Positions 58,015 to 64,000 of a stretch of DNA of 64,000 bases are shown piece after piece (within the stretch, counting starts at the first letter, position 1; each line of letters begins with the position of its first letter). The DNA comes from Myxococcota bacterium (GTDB taxonomy: Bacteria; Myxococcota_A; UBA796; CAJQPC01): assembly GCA_036229005.1 (NCBI GenBank), contig JAZAMN010000059.1:96001-160000 (forward strand). Direction: 5' to 3'. The notes under the pieces were generated by a model. That model saw nothing but the letters and a program-made list of their open reading frames with translations. It did no database searches and was not told the DNA's origin. The translations under genes and the position numbers were made by a program.

Positions 58015-59082
58015 TCAGGCCAGGGTGACGCTCTCGTCGAGGTACACGTCCTGGATGGCGTTGAGCAGGGCCACGCCGTCCGCGCGGGACTTCTGGAAGG
58101 CCTTGCGGCCGCTGATGAGGCCCACGCCGCCAGCGCGCTTGTTGATGACCGCGGTGCGCACGGCCTGGGCCATGTCGTTCTTGCCGGAGCCGCCGCCGGA
58201 GTTGATGAGCCCGACGCGGCCCATGAAGCAGTTGGCCACCTGGTAGCGCACCAGGTCGATGGGGTTCTCGGAGGCGAGCTCGGTGTAGATGCGGTCGTCG
58301 AACTTGCCGTAGCTGCTATCGCCCATGTTCAGCGCCCGGTAGCCGCCGTTGTTGGTGGCCATCTTCTGCTTGACGATGTCCGCGTGCAGGGTGGCCGCCA
58401 GGTGGTTGGCCTGGCCGGTCAGGTCGGCGGCGGCGTGGTAGTCGACCCCGTCCTGCTTGAACGCGGGGTTGCGCAGGTAGGCCCACAGCACGGTCGCCAT
58501 GCCCAGCTCGTGGGCGTGGGCGAAGGCCTGGGAGACCTCCTGGATCTGGCGGTTTGAGTCCTCGGACCCAAAGTAGATGGTCGCGCCCACGGCCACGCAG
58601 CCCATGTCGTAGGCCTGCTCGATCTGGGCGAACATGATCTGCTCGAAGGTGTTGGGCACCGACAGCAGCTCGTTGTGGTTGATCTTGAGCATCAGCGGGA
58701 TCTTGTGGGCCCACTTGCGGGCCACCATGCCCAGCACGCCCAGGGTGCTCGCCACCGCGTTGCAGCCGCCCTCGTAGGCGAGCTCCACGATGTTCTGGGG
58801 GTCGAAGTAGTCGGGGTTGGGCGCGAAGCTGGCGCCGGCGCTGTGCTCGATGCCCTGGTCCACCGGGAGGATGCTCAGGTAGCCGGTGTTGGCCAGGCGA
58901 CCGTTGCCGTAGAGCGCCTGGATGCTGCGCAGGGTCCGCACGTTGCGGTCGGACTGGCTCCAGATGCGGTCCACCAGGTCGGGCCCGGTCTGGCTCAGGC
59001 GGCTGGCCGGGATGGTGGTGCAGGTGTGGGCGAGCAGGCTGTCGGCCTCGGCGCCGAGGAGCTGTGCGATGTCGGTGGCCAT
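58015..59082 (-). CDS. fbaB: Class I fructose-bisphosphate aldolase
   Basis: [40 protein letters not shown]. Confidence 0.97.
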   Translation of the reverse strand: MATDIAQLLGAEADSLLAHTCTTIPASRLSQTGPDLVDRIWSQSDRNVRTLRSIQALYGNGRLANTGYLSILPVDQGIEHSAGASFAPNPDYFDPQNIVELAYEGGCNAVASTLGVLGMVARKWAHKIPLMLKINHNELLSVPNTFEQIMFAQIEQAYDMGCVAVGATIYFGSEDSNRQIQEVSQAFAHAHELGMATVLWAYLRNPAFKQDGVDYHAAADLTGQANHLAATLHADIVKQKMATNNGGYRALNMGDSSYGKFDDRIYTELASENPIDLVRYQVANCFMGRVGLINSGGGSGKNDMAQAVRTAVINKRAGGVGLISGRKAFQKSRADGVALLNAIQDVYLDESVTLA

Positions 59083-59184
59083 GGGGTCCTCCTGGTGGTG
59101 GACCCAGGCTTAATGGAGCGCCCCAAGGCGCACCATGCCAAGGTCGAAACAGCCGGGATCCCCTGCTCCACCGGCGGGCTCACC

Positions 59185-59250
59185 AAGAGAAAAGGGCCCG
59201 CCCCCCAACCGGGAGACAGGCCCTCTCAAGCGAGGTCACCTGGGTGACCT
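59185..59250 (-). terminator. Rho-independent terminator downstream of the TlpA-like gene, plus an adjacent 8-bp inverted repeat
   Basis: Minus strand AGGGCCTGTCTCCCGGTTGGGGGGCGGGCCCT followed by TTTCTCTT; AGGTCACC-TG-GGTGACCT at 59233-59250. Confidence 0.65.
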
Positions 59251-59261
59251 TCACGGAAGCC

Positions 59262-60002
59262 TCAGAGGTACTTCTCGATCATCTCGTCGCTCAGGCGGCC
59301 GGGGTGACCACGCCAGACGATCTTGCCGTCCTTGACCACGGCGGCGGCGGGGATGCCGGAGACTGCGAAGGCCTTGGCGGCGTCGCCGTTCTCCTTGAGC
59401 ACGGTGTAGGTCACGCCCTGCTCCTTCACGAACTCCTTGACGCCCTCTTCGGTCGCGGACTTGGTGATGCGGGTCAGGCCGACCACGTCCATCTTGCCCT
59501 TGTACTTGTCGGCGGTCTTGATGAGCTCAGGCACCTCGCGCCGGCAGTGGGGGCACCAGACCTCCCAGAACACCACCAGGGTGGTGCCGCTCTGCAGGTC
59601 CATGTCGCTGGCCTGGCCCACGTAGGCGGCCTCGATGGTGGGGTTGGTCACGGAGGTGCCGATGACGTCCAGCTCGCGCTTGTAGCGGATGGCCTTGTTG
59701 GCGGTCTGGGTGGTGCCGAAGTCCTTGAACAGCTTGTCCAGGTCGGCCTTGGCGCCCTCCATGTCCCCGGCGCCCATCTTCTCGTTGAACTGGCCGAAGA
59801 GCTCCTGGGCCTTGGCCTCGTCCGCGGCGTTCACGGCGGGAGCGGCGGCGCGCCCGGAGCCGCTGCCCCGACCACCCTTCTCGAGCTCGGCGACGCGGGC
59901 GTCGAGGGCCTCGACCTTGGCGGCGAGCTCGTCGTGGTCAGCCTTGGGAGCGCAGGCGGCCAGGCTGGCCAGCGCGAGGGCGGAGAAGATCATGTTCCGC
60001 AT
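59262..60002 (-). CDS. TlpA/ResA-like thioredoxin lipoprotein
   Basis: LAAC lipobox, FWEVWCPHCRRE, VSGIP. Confidence 0.92.
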   Translation of the reverse strand: MRNMIFSALALASLAACAPKADHDELAAKVEALDARVAELEKGGRGSGSGRAAAPAVNAADEAKAQELFGQFNEKMGAGDMEGAKADLDKLFKDFGTTQTANKAIRYKRELDVIGTSVTNPTIEAAYVGQASDMDLQSGTTLVVFWEVWCPHCRREVPELIKTADKYKGKMDVVGLTRITKSATEEGVKEFVKEQGVTYTVLKENGDAAKAFAVSGIPAAAVVKDGKIVWRGHPGRLSDEMIEKYL

Positions 60003-60183
60003 TGGGATGCCTCCAGTTCAGCCCCCAACGACAGGCGGGGGCGGGCGGTTTCTGAGTTCGGCGGCCCCGGAGGCCGCGTGACCCCTGGGAATTAGCACAA
60101 GCACGATGGGTCGGCCATTGCCGACCGTGGGAAGGCCTGTACCGCCCAGGGGGTTCAGGTATTTCGCCTTGGGGGCACAGAAG

Positions 60184-61149
60184 TCAGCGACAGACCTCGG
60201 CGTGGCGGTAGGCGAAGTCGCTGTCCGGGCCGGCGACCCACTCCGCGACCAGCAGCGGAGTCGGCCCGTCGGTCGCCGCGGTGACGGCGTACAGCTCCGC
60301 GTCCAGGCCACTGTCGACCTCGCTGGCGGACCCGAGCTCGCAGTTGGCGTGCACCGGGATCTGGAGCAGTGTGCCCTGGGGTGAGAGCCCCCACGCCATC
60401 GCTCCCTCCTCCAGCCCCTGGAGCGCGAAGGGGGCCAGGATGTCCGTGATCTGCGCGGTGCAGCCGGTCTCAGGGTCCGCGATCCAGGCGTCCTGGGGGC
60501 TGTCGATGCCCACGCGGACGAAGGTGCTCCCCTGGCCGTCGACCACGATGCCGCGCACCTGATCGACGCCGGTCAGCAGGCCAACCGAGACCACCGCGTC
60601 GCCCTCAAGGCGCTCGATGGGGAAGTCCAGGCCCTCGGTGCGCGCCCAGGTCGGGCCGGGGCCCAGCACAAGCCAGTCGCGCTCGGGCAGGTCGGCGGCG
60701 ATCTCAAGGTCCTCGCCCCAGGTGTTGTCGGCCAGGGTGCGCAGGAAGGTCCCGCCGGGCTCGCCGTTCCTGAGCAGGTGCAGGCCGCTCTCGGCGTCCC
60801 CCCACAGGGCGGCGGCGTAGCTCTTGGACCCGGGGGGCACGTCCTCGGGGGTGGCGTCGGCGGGGTAGTGCAGGCGGAGCTGGCCTTCATCCAGGCGCTC
60901 CACGAAGGCCACCTGGCCGTCCACGACCGTGAGGTCCTGGCTCTCGCCGCTGAGCTCGAACACCACCTGGCCGTCCTTGGCGACGCTGGCGCCCTGAGTC
61001 CAGAGAGCGCCGTCGCCATCCACGACGGCTCTGCGGGAATAGGAGGGTGCGTCGGCCCACTCCACCGCGTCCCCCACCACCCACAAGGCCCGGGTGCCCA
61101 GCTCCCGGTCATCACAGGGGGTGCAGGCGAGGAGAACAAGGATCAGCAT
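60184..61149 (-). CDS. Hypothetical beta-rich lipoprotein
   Basis: MLILVLLAC; overlaps the end of the LRR gene. Confidence 0.7.
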   Translation of the reverse strand: MLILVLLACTPCDDRELGTRALWVVGDAVEWADAPSYSRRAVVDGDGALWTQGASVAKDGQVVFELSGESQDLTVVDGQVAFVERLDEGQLRLHYPADATPEDVPPGSKSYAAALWGDAESGLHLLRNGEPGGTFLRTLADNTWGEDLEIAADLPERDWLVLGPGPTWARTEGLDFPIERLEGDAVVSVGLLTGVDQVRGIVVDGQGSTFVRVGIDSPQDAWIADPETGCTAQITDILAPFALQGLEEGAMAWGLSPQGTLLQIPVHANCELGSASEVDSGLDAELYAVTAATDGPTPLLVAEWVAGPDSDFAYRHAEVCR

Positions 61150-62024
61150 TCGAGCTCCGGGATGGCGTCGCGCAGGGCGCTGAGCTGGTCGGGCAGGAGC
61201 CCGCAGTCCCGTACCCGGAGGCAGCGCAGGCCCTCGGTCCGGGACAGGGCACGCACGCCTTCAGGACCCAAGGTGTTGCCGCTCAGGTCCAGCGCGCTGA
61301 CCTGGGGGATGTGGGAGAGCGCGACCACCCCGGCCGGGCCGATCCCGCAGCCCTCCAGGCGCAGGGACGTGAGGGTGCGGGTCGCGGCGAGGCGGATGGC
61401 GCCGGCGTCCCCCAGGGGGTTGTTCCGCAGATCCACCCGCTCCAGGGGCATCTCGGCCAGGATGCTGGCGCCCTCCTTGCCCACCCGGTTCTCGGTCAGG
61501 CGCAGGCTGCGCAGCGCCGGCAGGCCCGCAACCGCCTGGAGCAGGCTGTTGTCGCCGCGGATCTCGAGCTGGATGACGTTGCCGGGGCCGCGCTCGACCT
61601 TGGGCTGGCGGCAGCGAACGCCGTTCCCATCCAGCCGCAGCTCCCGCAGGGTGTGGGCGGGGATGCGCCGCAGCATCGGGGGCAACGCGGCGGCCCCCAC
61701 GCCCGGGACCACCACCAGGCGCACGAGCCCAGGGCCCAGGTCGGGGCCTATGGTGGCCAGCAGCTCAGCCGCCGCCTCGCTGCGCACCTTGAGGGTGGCG
61801 CCCGCCTGCCCGAAGTTCGGGCGCACCACCAGCTCGTCGCCAAGCTCCAGGATCAACGCCCGATCTTCGGGACGCAGCCCCGGCAGACAGAAGGCCAGGG
61901 CGTGTTCGGGGAGATCCTGGGCGAGGTCGTCGACCAGGCGCAGGAAGCCGCCGCGATCGCCCCGCTCTCGCAGGGTGTGCAGGCGGCGCTCGAGACCAGG
62001 GAGGGGCTTGCTCACGCCCAGCAA
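61143..62024 (-). CDS. Leucine-rich repeat (RNI/GALA-like) protein
   Basis: LRSLRLTENRVG, VDLRNNPLGDAGA, LTSLRLEGCGIGPAG, LDLSGNTLGPEGV; start codon uncertain. Confidence 0.8.
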   Translation of the reverse strand: MLGVSKPLPGLERRLHTLRERGDRGGFLRLVDDLAQDLPEHALAFCLPGLRPEDRALILELGDELVVRPNFGQAGATLKVRSEAAAELLATIGPDLGPGLVRLVVVPGVGAAALPPMLRRIPAHTLRELRLDGNGVRCRQPKVERGPGNVIQLEIRGDNSLLQAVAGLPALRSLRLTENRVGKEGASILAEMPLERVDLRNNPLGDAGAIRLAATRTLTSLRLEGCGIGPAGVVALSHIPQVSALDLSGNTLGPEGVRALSRTEGLRCLRVRDCGLLPDQLSALRDAIPELEC

Positions 62025-62128
62025 GGTACCCTGATCCAGTCCCCGTCGGCATCCCGACGGGATGGGCGCCTGTAAGTCAGGTGTCCCCGCGCGCGTTCCC
62101 CGCGCCCCGAGAGAGTCCTGGAGCCGTC

Positions 62129-62923
62129 ATGCTCATCTGCCTTGTCGCCGCCGCCACCGCCGCCTCCCCTGGCCTGGTCACCACCGCCCGCGGGGACGTG
62201 ACCCTGAACGGCGAGCCCGTGAGCGTCCCCTTGGTGCTCGCCGAGGGCCAGACCCTGGACCTGGGGGCCGGCGCCGAGGTCGTGGTGCTCTACCAGGGCG
62301 CCGCCAGCCAGCACCAGGGCCCCAGCACCCTGACGGTCTCCGAGCTGCAGGGCGCCAGCGCCTCCACCGGCGAGCAGGTGGCCACCCTGGACTCCGTGCT
62401 CTCCCGCGAGACCAGCACCGCCCGCACCGGAGCCACCCGGGCAGCCGCCGAGCTCCAGCTCCTGCGCCCGGTGGTCGGGGACGAGGTGTTCGCCCTCCAG
62501 AGCATCCAGTGGCGCTGCGCTGAGACCGCCCAGGGGCAGCCCTGCCCGGAGATCCCGGTGGAGGTCTACTCCTTCATGGACGACGCCGTGCTCTGGACCG
62601 CAGCGGGCGCCGGCAGCGTGGACTACGCCGGCCCCGAGCTGCCCCCCGGCCCCTACACCGTGCGCCTGAGCGGCGTGGACTTCGCCTTCAAGGTCGCCTC
62701 CGCCGGCGAGAAGGAGCAGGTCCAGAGCGCCGTCCAGACCGCCTCCCAGGCCGGCAGCGCCCTGTCCCAGGTCGACCAGCTCTCCCTGGTGGTGGGCCTC
62801 TACGCCCAGTCCGGGCACCTGAGCGAGGCCCTCTGGGCCCTGGAGTCCGGCATGAAGGCGCAGCAGGCCCCCGAGCTGGACGCCCTGCAGGCGACCCTGG
62901 AGACCCAGGCAGGCCAGCGGTGA
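62129..62923 (+). CDS. Exported hypothetical protein upstream of a CHASE2 gene
   Basis: GGAG RBS, signal peptide MLICLVAAATA; GTGA overlap with the CHASE2 gene. Confidence 0.7.
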   Translation: MLICLVAAATAASPGLVTTARGDVTLNGEPVSVPLVLAEGQTLDLGAGAEVVVLYQGAASQHQGPSTLTVSELQGASASTGEQVATLDSVLSRETSTARTGATRAAAELQLLRPVVGDEVFALQSIQWRCAETAQGQPCPEIPVEVYSFMDDAVLWTAAGAGSVDYAGPELPPGPYTVRLSGVDFAFKVASAGEKEQVQSAVQTASQAGSALSQVDQLSLVVGLYAQSGHLSEALWALESGMKAQQAPELDALQATLETQAGQR

Positions 62924-64000
62924 AGCTCCCCTGGTGGCGCCGTCAGGACCAAGGCGAGGAGTGCGACAGCCCCGCCTCCCACCTGGCGCGGTCCATGGCC
63001 TACGAGTCGCTGGTCGTGGTGTTCACCGCGGTCGCCGCCGCCGTGATCGCCTTCCTGGTCAGCCGCGGCCAGGTCGAGGACCTCTACATCAAGGCCCGCG
63101 GCAGCGCGCCCACCAGCGGCGAGGTCGCGGTGGTCACCATCGGCCCCGAGGCCCTGTACCTGTGGGACCCCAGCCAGCCCCAGCCCGAGCAGACCCCCCG
63201 CGGCCTGCTCACCGAGCTGGTGCGCAGCATCGAAGAGGCCGGCGCCTCCGTCATCGTGCTCGACGTGCTCATGGACGCCCCCGATGAGCCCGGCCTGGTG
63301 CCCGATCCCGCGCTGTGGAGCCCCAGCACCCCCGTCGTCGTGGCCACCCGCTTCGTACCCACCGCGCCCACCGCCCAGCGCGACTTCATGCCCGACAAGG
63401 CCGCCGCGCTCAGCCACCCCCAGATCCACGCCGGCTTCGCCAACCTCCAGACCGAGCAGCCCTGGCTCTTCGCGGACGGCGAACTGGTGCGTCACGCGCC
63501 CTTGGTGCGGCAGGTCGCGAGCGCATCCCTGAGCCCCGGCACCTGGCCCACCAACCTCTTGGGCGCGGACCAGCAGGACGACCGCCTGGTCCCCAGCATG
63601 ACCCTCCAGGCGGCGATGCTGCATCGCGGGACCTCGCTGGCGGACCTGAGTGCTGTGTGTCCCGTCACGCCAGGGGAGCCCCTGCGGTGCACCGAGGGTG
63701 CTCAGGCGCTCGGACTCCCCGCCTCTCCCCAGCCCCTGCACGAGGGCGTGCTCATCAACTTCCGCGGCCCCGAAGGCCACGACGGCATCCCCACCGTGCG
63801 CGCCGCCAGCCTGCTCCGCGCCGCCTCCATGCGCGGCCTGATGGAGTCCCAGGGCGTGCCCGGCCCCCCCGCCGACCTGCCCCCCGACATCCGCGAGGCC
63901 CTGGCCGGCAAGGTCGTCATCGTCGGGCGCGTGGACCGCATCGGGCAGGCGCACGCCGACCGCTTCGTCACGCCCTACAGCTTCCCCACCCTCATGCGCG
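62920..64000 (+). CDS. CHASE2-domain sensor protein (runs off the window)
   Basis: Hand translation from GTG 62920: TM helix, EVAVVTIG, TPRGLLTELV..IEEAGASVIVLDVL, LINFRGP, LAGKVVIVG, DRFVTPY. Confidence 0.88.
   Translation, partial: MKLPWWRRQDQGEECDSPASHLARSMAYESLVVVFTAVAAAVIAFLVSRGQVEDLYIKARGSAPTSGEVAVVTIGPEALYLWDPSQPQPEQTPRGLLTELVRSIEEAGASVIVLDVLMDAPDEPGLVPDPALWSPSTPVVVATRFVPTAPTAQRDFMPDKAAALSHPQIHAGFANLQTEQPWLFADGELVRHAPLVRQVASASLSPGTWPTNLLGADQQDDRLVPSMTLQAAMLHRGTSLADLSAVCPVTPGEPLRCTEGAQALGLPASPQPLHEGVLINFRGPEGHDGIPTVRAASLLRAASMRGLMESQGVPGPPADLPPDIREALAGKVVIVGRVDRIGQAHADRFVTPYSFPTLMR

Noticed and set aside
5155..63954. Many long alternative-frame ORFs (e.g. 5155-7779, 9002-11671, 11997-15200, 15579-17888, 45569-48184, 48269-51547, 62800-63954)
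   Set aside because: Typical stop-poor antisense frames of high-GC genes; each overlaps a motif-supported gene on the other strand.

Overview
High-GC (roughly 70%) bacterial chromosomal window. Gene content (many lipoproteins, a MopE-like metal-binding repeat, vWA/Ig and Kelch/IPT surface proteins, soluble MCP-like proteins, sigma-54 promoters) suggests a Myxococcota-type organism; this is inference. It holds about 55 CDS, mostly housekeeping or envelope genes (yebC, usp, nhaA, GS type III, pgi, dps, tpm, slt, rlmI-like, class II DAHP synthase, fbaB). I found no rRNA, tRNA, CRISPR array, transposase or integrase. Two genes run off the window ends and are absent from the ORF track: a >=633-aa isoprenoid-synthase (ComQ-like) / radical SAM-SPASM fusion (1-1899, minus) coupled to a stand-alone S8 protease, and a CHASE2 protein (62920-64000). 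Highlights: (1) that fusion plus protease, next to an SdpAB/HTTM-like pair, a candidate new RiPP-type system; (2) a non-coding array of seven bipartite motifs at an exact 31-bp period, in two divergent arms just upstream of a sigma-54 promoter (18751-19055); (3) about 13 lipoproteins with very short, uncharged signal peptides; (4) an unlisted 43-aa Lys/Arg-rich protein; (5) a PncB-like protein lacking its catalytic motifs; (6) a Gly-rich hierarchical repeat protein. All family calls come from motif recognition by eye, with no database search.
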